Shown in pieces: positions 14,201 to 25,135 of a stretch of DNA of 64,000 nucleotides. The notes beneath the pieces were generated by a model that saw only the letters and a program-made list of their open reading frames with translations, was not told where the DNA came from and ran no database searches. Source of the DNA: Daphnia carinata (taxonomy: Eukaryota). The stretch's first letter is position 1. Every line of letters starts with the position of its first letter. The position numbers were made by a program, and so were the translations under genes. The stretch covers positions 806,001 through 870,000 of the forward strand of contig NC_081333.1 of NCBI RefSeq assembly GCF_022539665.2. The letters run 5' to 3'.

Positions 14201-17200
14201 GAGCAACTGAATAGTACTGCCTTCTACTGGATTGGCCAATCTAACCGGTTCCAACTCAGTATTCCATTATGGGGTAAGAAAAGAAGTAAAATTTCATATA
14301 ACTGCTAACCGATGATCGATCATTTTTCCATTATGGATTATTCGTAATAAAAAATGCTATAATACTGATGTTTAAACTGGCCACTTTACTTCTTAGTTGG
14401 GGCCGTCCAGAAGTGCCCATCAATTCGCGCTTGGCCTCAGCTTACTAACGCAACGGTGAATCTGGAACCGTGCGGCTCTCCTGGGGGATACATCTGCGAG
14501 ATACTTGTAAAAAGTAACAGAACTCTTCCTTTACGTAGTAGCTATAAGCAGTAAAATTTTATTTTGCATGGAAGTTTTTGTTCGATTTTTTTCGTGCTCC
14601 ATCGTTCGTAGCTCGAGGTGCTCTTTTCCTGTTTATGCATCATTTCCTTGTTTTCTAAAAAGTGTTTGTCATTAAAAATAGAAAAATATTCCCAGGGATT
14701 TAAAAAAAAACTCATTTCGGAAAATGCTTTCCATATTCTTTAGAGACGTTTTGGGGATGGTGCGTAGCAAATAGGCGAAAAAGGGCAAAAACAGAGCGTT
14801 AATAATTCAGCTGTTGAGTTATTGAACGGTAGTAGGGAAAGGTTGGTTTCTATCTGTTACAGGCATGCGCAAAGCCAACGTCTCAAACATCGACGAAGCT
14901 GGGCAACAACGGCAGCAGTTTACGTTTCAATTCTTAACTACTGTGCCGTACTTGCAATTTCTACGATATCTTGCATGGCATTCATAGTTCATTATTCTTA
15001 GGTGACCGTTTTAACGTGGGACTCGTGGCGTTGCACCCGCGCACTTGAAGTGAACGAGAATTTCGGCCAGGCTTATTTCATTTCCAAAAATTTAAAATGT
15101 GTGTCACTGGTGCAAGTATACGATGCTGTAATGCTCAGTTTATGAAGGAATGAAAGGGGGGAATTTATCCCACGCGACAGTTAAACTTGCATTGACGAAA
15201 GCGCCGAAGAATAATTCCACGGTAATACGTGGATGTGAATTCTCACCTGCTCCCTTTACAATGCGGATTCATAGAGAAATGATTTTAATTAGGAATTGAG
15301 TTTGCTTCTTCTTCCTTTGTTGGTTTTCTTATGCCAAAAGGGGATAAATTTAAGCACATGAAAAAAGGAAAAGATGAACAAGAACGATAAACGTGGTTGT
15401 TGAACCAATTGCTTATAAGCGCCCTGTGAAGGCCTTGCTATATATGTTTTTCTACGCACGCTGTTTCGCAGAGGTATCATCGCTGGATTCTTGATGCTTT
15501 TTCTCGTTTTTCAAATGACAATATTTTTCGGAAAACCACGATGAAATCATTCTGGGAACAGAAAATTCCAATGTACTCGTTCGCTTTTTCCTCCGTTGAA
15601 CATAATGCTTGTATAGCAAAGCATGATGGTTGTGAAGGAAGTGTCACTTGATAGAAGTGGTGGAATTATTCGAAAACAAACAAGCCATACAACCATTTAT
15701 TCATACGTACGCCTGCAAATAATAATTGTTTGTTTCTGCTAACTTTGATCTGCCCGTAGCACTGGTGATAAATCTAACTATGTGTGCACTTATAGATCAA
15801 TGCATTTTAGATAGTAATGGTACGCTTTGTAACCATTGTTCTCTTTGTTTTAGATGACCGTGGAATAGTATTCAACTCTTCAGTCGAGTCGAGGGAAGGT
15901 GAGGTCAAATCGCCCAACTACCCGGCACCGTATGGCGAAGGCAACCACTTCCGACTGCACATCAAAGCACCTAATAGTTCGTCCACTTCTGAACGTCTGG
16001 TGGTGCGCTTCAAACAAATCGATATCGAATTCCAGGAAAACTGTTTGTATGACTACCTAGGCCTGCAGAGTAAAGAAAATGGTCCTATGCAGAAGATTTG
16101 TGGACATTACACTAGCAACCTAGAACGGTAAAAAAAAAAAAAATACCAGTCATGTAGCAATAAGAACCAACACAACGACACTGCGATGCTAAAACTGAAC
16201 TTTTGGTCCTAAAAAACAAAGTAGACAACCGAGTTTTTTGTTTTCGTTTTTATTGTGAAAAAAAGATTGGACTACGTCTCGGAAACGTCAGAGATCTGGA
16301 TAACATTTCACTCCGATTTTTCTATCTCCGGAGATGGATTTCATGCCGTTTGGTCAACGATGCCGCTACCTGGTTGTCCATTACAGATCATGGAGAAGCC
16401 CGAAGGCGAATTTTTCAGTCCATACTATCCTTTTTTCCTATTACCAAATTTAAACTGTACTTTACATATTATAGCTCCAGGTAAAACATAAATCATCAGT
16501 CTTTTATCCATTCTTTTAAGCTATTACATAAATAATCTTTTAAAATTTTGAATTGTTAGAGGGAGCAAGAGTGTGGATCAAATTCCATACCTTTGATATG
16601 GATTTTCGCAACGAACGCCAACAGTTCTCTTGTCGCGACGAGTACGTCCGTTTAGACTGGGGTTCCTCGAATTCGATCCAGCTATGTGGATCCTACAACT
16701 TGTCGAGGGACGCTCTACAGTGGATCTCCGACGGCAATGAACTCAAAGTCCAGCTGATTACTCGTAATGGAAAGAGGGGTCGCGGTTTCCACGCCTCGTA
16801 TCGATTCAGTAACCGATCCCTTCCAAAAATATTTGATCTTTCTTTAATAAAATGTTCTTGTGCAAACTGTAATAAGCTCAACTGAAATGCGTCTGTTGAA
16901 CCTCTTTAGTGCCCATCCCAACTATATTGGCCGACACGTTATTCCTTGGGAACGAAGATGAACTGGAATTGGTTCCGTTTAATTATCCACATCCTCCTCC
17001 TAGTCAACTGCGTCAGCGAATTACATTAATGACTCGCCACGGTTCTTATCTGCGTCATCAAGCTCCCAGTTGGATGACACCGTGCGATTCATCTTTCCGT
17101 CCAACTGTGACGGCCATGGTCGTTTTGAGGGATGCCTACAATAATAACACCGAGATCAAGTTGTGCTACACAAACGAGACAATAGGTTCAACTACGGAGT

Positions 17201-20200
17201 TTGAATCAAGTTTCTACGACACAAAGTTCCATACGCTAACGATTGAATACGTGCACGTCGGCATCAACTGGTCGGGCGTTCTTGGACGCGTCAAATCCCT
17301 GCAAGGTATACAGCTAAGCGGAAATTTGAAATTTGGTTAGAATGCTAACCGTGAAACATGTGACGGTCCACAGGCTCATTTTTCTCAAAGATTTCATTTA
17401 CAAAAAGAGGTCTGTGTTTAAAACATTTCGTGGATATACTGCGTCTCATTATTTCAGATTCTACCTACGCTGAGAAGGTTTCCGCTCTGCCCGACCATTC
17501 TCCAGTGAATTCATGCGATCCACATCCTTGCCAAGGGGAAAGTGTCTGCACCGCAGTGGACGATCAATATTATTGTCAGTGCGAGGACAACTGGCGAGGT
17601 ACTGTATACTATTAGGAATATTAAGACATTTTAATTCAGTTGAGCAGGAAACGTTCTTCCGCAATTTTTCGTGTGTGTCTTTAACGACTAAAATTTCGCT
17701 ATACCATTAGGAATTTTTTGCTCGTTGACTCTGTGCCAGCTACCGAGCTCGTGCCATCACGGTACTTGCGTCACTGTCAACGAAACGCAGCGCTGCAACT
17801 GCGATCCAGGATTCACGGGCTATTTGTGCGAGTCTCGATTAGCCCCGTGCGATTTGGACCCATGTGGAGATCGCGGCAAGTGCGTGCCTTCTGCCGACGG
17901 TTTCATCTGCCAATGCGCTCCCTGGTGGCAAGGTATTTCCTTAAAAAAATAAAAAATTGATAACTCGTGTTGTAGTATTCTCGTTGCTGTCCACCCCATT
18001 GTTGTTACGATGCTGCATCGTGCTCTCCTACACCTGAGTTCTTAACACACGCGAGCTCGTTTGGCTCTAGCTTGCACAAATGCATTTTTTTTTCTTTGAT
18101 GGGTTTATTGATGACTTACACGGCAGTCAACTATACGTTGCATGCTCCACGGTGCTTGTAATGATGCTGCCCGGCGCACTTCTTCACGACGTCGTACGTT
18201 TTCGTCGCCTCTCTCTTCCCTAGCTCCTCTCCTTGAGATTGCGTCACGTGCACCCCTGACCTTTTGCAAGAAATTCTCTGCAATGCAGAACACTTGGTAC
18301 CATTTTTCCTGATAGACATTGGACATGCACACACTTTGCACATTTTCCCCTTTTTCTTAATTCCAGGTACTTCTCTACAAGTTCCTCATTGCGTTTCTCT
18401 CTTGAGTGAAGTAGGAAAGCAGCTCGTAAAATAAAAAAAAAAATAATGCAAAGAAACAAAACCAAAACAAATCTTGAAGAGCTCTTGACGTGCTTAACAT
18501 CTTCGTTTATTCTATATTTCGTTATAGGGCCTCGATGTGAGACCCGCTGGCTGCATCTTCCGTACAAGCCCCTTTCGCAGCGAATGCTGGAAGAACCTTT
18601 TTGGTTAGGTCTTATGACTATCGCCATTGTGCTCATCATCATAGCGATAGTTTGGTGCGCCAAACGTCACTTTGCTGAAAAATTCGAGCGTTTCGTCAAC
18701 GATGAGTTAGAGAGAGGAAAATTGGTGGAACCGGCCATGCTGGATTGGTCTCGAGGGAGACATAACTGTCATCAAATAAACATGGAAGCCAATGCGATCA
18801 GCAGACCAGTCAGTCCCCAGACCGGTCTCAGTGTAAGTTTTAAAAATGTACTCAAACCTTTGGTGTCACCTCTTGTTTCATCATCTTAGCAGCTCTGAAT
18901 GCCTTGTAGAAAAAATGTAATTTATCGTAATCGTCGATTAAAGTATGGCTTAAACGATTAACGCTATGTCGCAGATCACACGATTGCCGTAAATGTTGAA
19001 TGTTGTTGTTCTCTCTGCAAAGGTTCCAGCTACTGAAGCCACGGGGTCTCAGCGTAATTTCTTGGGATGGCCAGGATTTCGAAAGCCTTCATTGCTTAGT
19101 ATCACGTCGCTCATCAGTCCCAGTAATAGCCACACGAGTGTGACCGGTAACGGAGGCACGAACGGCGGGAATTCGAGGAGAATCAGTGCTTGCAGTAGAG
19201 GACCGCGTAGTGGACGAACTTTCAGCCTGGACGATCTTTTTCGCCTGCCGAAACGTAAGTTCATATTCCGTTTCATCACGTTCCTTCGATGGAAAACCAA
19301 TAATAGTCCATATTCTTGGTTTAGTTTTATTAAGGAATTATTCTTAAGCGATAACTGGTGAAGGAATAGAGATAGTCTTTTGGAACGCTTTACGCTTTTC
19401 AGTCGGGAAGTTGCCCCACTTTGTGCACGTTTTGCTTGGACTGAAATGGCTTGACAGCATGATTACTCCAAATCATTAAAATAATAGGAAAGGCTAATCT
19501 TCTTGCTGATATATTATTAACAAAAATGTTTTCATTAGCCGATGCAGCTAGTGAATTAAGGATACTTGAATGACTTGATTACTTCAGCTTGAGTCTTGTA
19601 CAAGTCACTAATTGACGATACTTGACTTCAGGTTCTCCATCACCGAGCAAACGAGGATCGGATAATGATGTAGCCAGCCAACGTCGTGATATTGAACGAC
19701 AACAAATTTTACAGAGATTGATCGCTTCCCAGATTCCCAATAGTCATCCTGGCTACAACACCTCAGACACAGGAGAGGCGATAATGATGACACAGCTAAG
19801 CTTGCAATCGCCTTCGAGCTTCTTGAATACCATTCACGATCACACGACAGATGCAAGTATGATGGACACAGCGATAGCAGCTCAGTTGCAACTACAACTT
19901 GATTTGAAAGCTGAAAAGAAGGTTGGCGTCGAATTACTAATTATTTCAACTATACGGGCATGAAGAGGCTTTAATGACACCATCCCTCATCAACGTGAAT
20001 CGTATTAATGGGGCACCTGTTCATTTTGCAAACAAACTTAAATTACCTTACTCGGTTAACGACGCATGTCGGCAGCTGTGAGAGGACTTCAAGTGTCAGC
20101 TAAAGTGTGCTGATTTATTTGGGATTTAAAAAAATGAGCAGACTGTTTACCAATTTGAGAACAATAGAAAAATGCATGTTTGTTTACTAAATTAATAAGC

Positions 20201-23200
20201 ATTTTGAATGACGGCCGAAAAAGGGCAATTTTCCTAACATACCTCTGTTTCACTTTCAGGTAACATTTGCCCGAATGATGGAAATGGTGAAGAACGATAT
20301 GACCAGTTCAGAGAACGATACCAGCGCCAGTGAGGAGCCCAGCAAGTACATAGAAGTGGTGGACGAAAGCACAGCATCGAATCCCAGAAATGCTCATAAC
20401 AAACGCAAGCAACGCAGTTGGAACTCGCGTCACTTCTGGCGTTCCAATAATAGCAATTCGATGACACAGGGAAGTGCAAATGATCAAGACATACAAGACA
20501 ACTTCCCGTTGACAGATCAAACACCGTCGAACGAAACCGTAAACGGGGTCGGTATTAGCAAGAGCAATCGTCACCTAAGGCTACCTAGCCGAAATGTCGT
20601 GACAGGCAGTCGACAGGCTTCGAGCACAGAGTCGTTGCTGAACATCATTCGCAACTTTTCGGCAGCCAACCATAGGACACCATCGACTCCATCTAGTCCA
20701 CAAATGTCTGATTATGAACTTTCGTCCTCGTTTCCTACTCCCCTCTCAACGCCCGGAACACCCGCTGGAAGTTTAGAAGTTATACCACCGACTTCGAATG
20801 CTGTTGACAGTACCTCTATTCAGGTGAGTGTGTTAAAACATTGTTTTAATTTCTAACTCATTTTTTAAAAACCCGTATTTTATATTGAAAATGGCGTATA
20901 GGTGGCAGTTATCGATGCTTCTGCCATGAGCCATCGAAACAGCCGGTTGGGTACGACAAATTTTACTTCACCGCACATCACCTTAGAAATCCCGACCATG
21001 AATTACGGGCAGTTTTTGTCGCCCATTCACGAAGTACCTACGCCATTACCAAGCCCTGCACACACGCCCATTCCAAGCACGAGAAGAGCTGAAAGATGTG
21101 GTAGCTCGGATTCCCCTGTCTCCTCCGGAAGTTCAGCGGCAATCGATCAAAGACGGTCCCTGTTGCAGCAAAGATGGCATCGTGATGGTTGCAATGAAAA
21201 ACACGGTATCGGCACGTCAGTGCCATCTATTGTTGAGAAAGTAACGAGCAGCCGTGAAATCCCGGAAAAAAAGAGCATCTCTATAGTGGTGCCCTCGAAT
21301 ATCCAGATCCTCGTTGAATCGGATTCTGCACAACCGTCACCTATTTCCTCCACGGCTAATTCTCCCTTACCTTCACCAGCTAAGACCAAACCGCCACGTC
21401 TAAATATTTTGAATTCCAATTTCGCCCGTTTCGAGGCGTTCGAGATGAGTACCGACACGAACGAAATCGCCCCAGTACCACCGGTAACGGTGCCACTGCT
21501 GTGTGTATCAGAGGCTTCTCCGGAAAACACAGATTTTGATCCTTTGCCAAAGAAATGCCAAAACACAAAATCGCAATGTACCTCCGTACTCGATTGGGAG
21601 CATGTCAGCCTCGGCTCGCCACCTTTACGCCGACTCCCAGTAGACGCAATGGTGACCGACCGTTCGATTAACGATAAATCCATTGGCATACGTCGTAATT
21701 TCAAAGACACTCTGGATAAATCGAGTTCTCTCGATCTTCCGCATCCTCCACCGATAATCACCATCACAACGAACTTCTCGGAAGTTGAATCGGATTCGGA
21801 TGCCGGAATGTTAGGCAAGTATAGGACTTTTCGTTGCTAAATGATGGGTAGGAATTGTTGGCCTTATCGTGTGGGATGGCATGCATCTTATAATGAACGC
21901 TCTCAATAAAACCGCGTATCGTTTTGGTTAGGCAGAGGAGGAACCAGCAATCAGAAGATGTGTTACTTGAGCCCGTTCGTCTGTTACGGTGAAAGCCGGC
22001 CAGATATAGCCACGTCCGAGTCCAATCTTAGTTCATCAGGATACAGTTCGATGGCCAGTCCAGGAATCAGCCCCGCTTGCTCATCGAAAACACTTTGCAT
22101 CTGGAAGGAAGAAGAGGATATGGTCACCTTTAGTCGCACGCACGGCGGACGCAGAGACCGCCGGCTCTTTCATCGGGCTCTTTTGTCGCCGAGTCTTGAG
22201 TCTAGTTCACCTCCCCTGGATTCACCACCTGAAACCCCGTCAGCTGTTCTACGTAGTTTGCATCGCAGCAATGTCAATCGGCTTATTTATCCACAAGATT
22301 CAGAAACGGCAGATGATCCAATAGCAAATCTGTTTGTCGCGCCGGCCGCAGACGAACCTAGCCCCGCTTGTGAATCGCACGACGAAGGGATAGACGTGTT
22401 CCACGTATGCGGAAAAACGGCCGACAAATCCGATCAAGACAGCCTTCTCGATTCGAAATTTCTCAGTCTCATACAGGTTCATAAAAGTATAAGTCTAGAT
22501 TCCAAACTGGTCGGACAGCGACGAAATAATTTAAAAGTATAAATTGCCTGATGCATGAATTGAAAATAATTTATAAAAAATAACGATTGTTTAATGTTCG
22601 ATGCATTCAGGGTGACAGTTTGGACACAAAGCTTCTTTCCCTTCAGCCGGGAGGGATGCCGCCCATTGTGCTGCAATCTCTTCAATTACCTGAACCATCA
22701 TCTTTATGGACGTGCAGTGGCAATTTTGGAAGCACGGATGAAACAAGAGTTAAAGTGAGTCCGGTGTCATCGCGAAGCGAGTCGCCCTTGAGCGACGTCA
22801 GAAGCGCTGGACTTGGCCGTTTCTCTACCAGTATGTTAAAATGAAATACTACGATGATGTTGCGACGTAAAAAAAAAATGTGAAAATTCTTATTGGACAA
22901 TATAGAATTTTATGGAATGTCAAGGATCGATATGCTTCATACGGATTCTGATGGTTTGTATGACTATCCAAGCTCGGAAACGATCTTACCGCCGAGCAGT
23001 ATTCATCGTCGTCATACTCGCAAATGCGACCGGCGCCGTGAGAGGAAGAGCAGTCTCAAGAGCAGCCGGATCGATCATCATCGCGATTCGTTAGGTAACT
23101 AGCTTCACAGAATAGAAAATGTTCGTAATTGTTCAAGTACTGTGTGAACTTTTGAATAAAGCAGCCCTTGTCGCCAAACGATCTTTCTTGGACCCGTGTA

Positions 23201-23965
23201 TTGACCGTGGAGCAGGACGGCTAGTTAGCACGAAACGGAAATCCCGAGTCCGTGCACAAAGCAACATCGATTTTTGCGCTACTTCGTCGTCAAATGAAAG
23301 TCTCAGTTCGGTCAATAAACGCTTGCCGCATAAGAAAGGACCGCAAATTATTAATTTGCGACGGGGTTCGTCACCTCTTTGCGATGTGATCTTAACAATA
23401 CAGGTACATCAATAATTGTTTTTGTATTTAAAGTTAATCGTTTACTAAATCTTTTCTGAGTCATCTTTTGATAGGCTGCTTCTTCATTAGACGAGTTGCA
23501 TAGCGAGGTAATTATAATTACAAAACTAAAGAGTATCATTAAAAACTAAGGTCGTTTTCTTAGGTGGGTGAGGAGAAACAAGAAAACGAAACAATATCGA
23601 GCAGTACCTCGATAGAATTACGAGCCTTTAGACTACCAACGCGATCGCGCCCAAACACGTAAGAATTTTTGAATGCGCTTCATTTTTACGATGAATTTAT
23701 CTCAGCAATGACTTTGATTTGCAGCGCTTTTAGGTTTCCTGAAAGGAGGAGACAAGACAGTATCTGCAGACGACGTGAACAGCCACCTTTGTTGAGGAAT
23801 TGTAGGGGATCGAGAAGAGCTTGTTCAACAGCGGAAGGCGCTTTATGCCTAAAGGGGATTAGCTCAACAGAATCGTCTTACACGGAGTCGGACGCATGCG
23901 ATAGCAATGAATCGTTGGCCAATTTTGGAGAAATCGAAGACACGGTAGATTCACCCCCAAACTAA
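2296..23965 (+). CDS. Multi-exon type I transmembrane protein (~2797 aa): signal peptide, CUB x5-6, C-type lectin x2, EGF x3, TM helix, ~1250-aa disordered cytoplasmic tail; tentatively weary (wry)-like
   Basis: Hand-spliced coding exons: 2296-2692, 6430-6649, 6829-6899, 7115-8005, 8091-8379, 10619-10719, 11563-11763, 11894-12095, 13451-13609, 13682-13743, 13839-13954, 14132-14273, 14397-14513, 15854-16127, 16266-16480, 16560-16808, 16910-17305, 17458-17598, 17711-17932, 18528-18832, 19023-19254, 19632-19921, 20260-20823, 20902-21814, 21932-22536, 22611-22830, 22906-23094, 23162-23403, 23475-23507, 23564-23658, 23725-23965. Total 8394 nt, all phases match, GT-AG introns except one probable GC-AG. 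Signal-like WFVLLALSAVLISVTASA. CUB motifs SPNYPAPY, CLYDYL, FHSDFSISGDGF. CTL motifs YWIGGSD, WNDRDC..FVCQ. EGF motif CDPHPC..CQC. TM FWLGLMTIAIVLIIIAIVWC then AKRH. The start codon and a few acceptors (11879/11894, 23162/23165, 23725/23734) have in-frame alternatives. Orthology to wry is from recollection, not a search. Confidence 0.9.
4533..4572. repeat. 15-bp tandem repeat, 2.7 copies
   Basis: GTCGGGCTTATTTTT x2 + GTCGGGCTTA, in intron 1 of gene 1. Confidence 0.9.
7115..8005 (+). other. Gene 1 exon 4: two divergent CUB-like domains
   Basis: GCYLKLHSSRGIVSSSYFPP...CLLLLNVPGG...FCG and PCLNVLLTEP...ECTFRIHVPYGYQIKL follow the CUB pattern; ttacag acceptor and AG|GTACGC donor. Confidence 0.75.
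8091..11763 (+). other. Gene 1 C-type lectin domain 1 (exons 5-7)
   Basis: TCVWLHSEPLTWHEAEEKCSQLAPNGHLVAI / SYWIGGSDQKQETVFEWSSGATFNYT / KWFPG..QPSDDG..QDCVEI..YWNDRDCSVGNPFVCQ. Exon 8091-8379 is absent from the ORF track and was read directly from the sequence. Confidence 0.9.
13839..14513 (+). other. Gene 1 C-type lectin-like domain 2 (exons 11-13, degenerate)
   Basis: CPEVGSIFHHGRCYLIAPYPEISWFEANEMCRSMQ / AGLV..FYWIG / KCPSI..LEPCGSPGGYICE; no WND motif. Confidence 0.8.
17458..18832 (+). other. Gene 1 three EGF-like repeats and transmembrane helix (exons 18-20)
   Basis: Three six-Cys EGF units (CDPHPC..WRGIFC; CQLPSSCHHGTC..GFTGYLCE; CDLDPCGDRGKC..WWQGPRCE), then a hydrophobic 20-mer and basic KRH. 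Confidence 0.9.
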
Positions 23966-24648
23966 CCCGCAAGAAGTTTTTAAATGGGACGACATAAAAG
24001 TGAGATTTAAAAAATGCAATTCGCAAGACGTTGAGTCGACAATACCTATTTTCCAAGCTGTTTTTCTCTCAACCCAAGTTCAAAGATATGTAAAATCCCG
24101 TGACGTCATTTTTCACGCATTTACCGTTCCCTTTTTTTAAACCAATCTGCAACAATCCGTAACAAAAAGGTATTCTCTAGCTTACCTTTTATTGGTTGTT
24201 TCGATTATCTACGCCAAAAAATGCACAACAGGTTTTCTCGTAAGTTTTGAGCACGCTAGAAAATTTGTAATGTTCTTGTTTAACGATTAGCTATATTGAC
24301 CAAGATAGATACGTTGTTAACTTAACCTTGACAACTGATTGTTTTTCGTAAAAGGACTTTCCCTTTTTTTTTTTAAGGATTCTGTGAATTTTGTAACATT
24401 TCATACAATCACCATACAAGTAAGCGGTGGTCGATCAATTCGTGTCAACCCTTTGGCTTTTTACTTACTTATTCTCATTGATTGTTTTTATATTTGTTTC
24501 AACTTTTTGTTTTTCATCGTTCTTGTTATTGCAGAAATATTGTATATCAATGGCCTGCCTCAAACGGGTTTAACAATTCTCTCTTCTGATACCCTTTTCT
24601 CAATTAAATATTGTTGTCTAGTCAACATTCCATTTTGAATTAAAAACT

Positions 24649-24654
24649 AATAAA
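24649..24654 (+). promoter_or_regulatory. Candidate polyadenylation signal of gene 1
   Basis: AATAAA ~690 nt after the stop, with ATTAAA copies at 24603 and 24639. Confidence 0.4.
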
Positions 24655-25135
24655 CAGTGACACAACCACGCAAAGCATTTCAACAGTCTCAGAAACAAAC
24701 TAGGGTGACAACGTGTGGAGTTAAAAGAAACAAGATTAAAACTGCCTCGTATATCAAGTTTTACGCGGCCTATTTTGCTCTTTCGCCAAACCCATCCAAG
24801 GGAACGCGCTGAATCCAGTTTAGTGTTCTTTCAACTAATAGCAGTTGACTGTATTCAAACGTGCGGAACTCCCAGCGGTTCTTCCAGTTTCTGGTGCTCA
24901 TCAGCAAAGGCGCATGCAAATTTCATGAATATTTATAAGTTTCTGTTTTTGTTTTTTTTATCGTTACATTTTTGCGGGGCTTTTTAAAAATCCATTCATC
25001 CATCACTAGCATTATGCGTCAAATTTGTTGTTTCTTATACATTGGGTTAGAAATTGTAACTAAGCGCAGGATACTAAGGCCACTAGTGTGAAATGGAAGT
25101 GTTTTTAAAAAAAAAACACAGTCCGGATTTTCCTT

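Noticed and set aside
21147..21818. 223-aa minus-strand ORF
   Set aside because: Antisense shadow of gene 1 exon 24.
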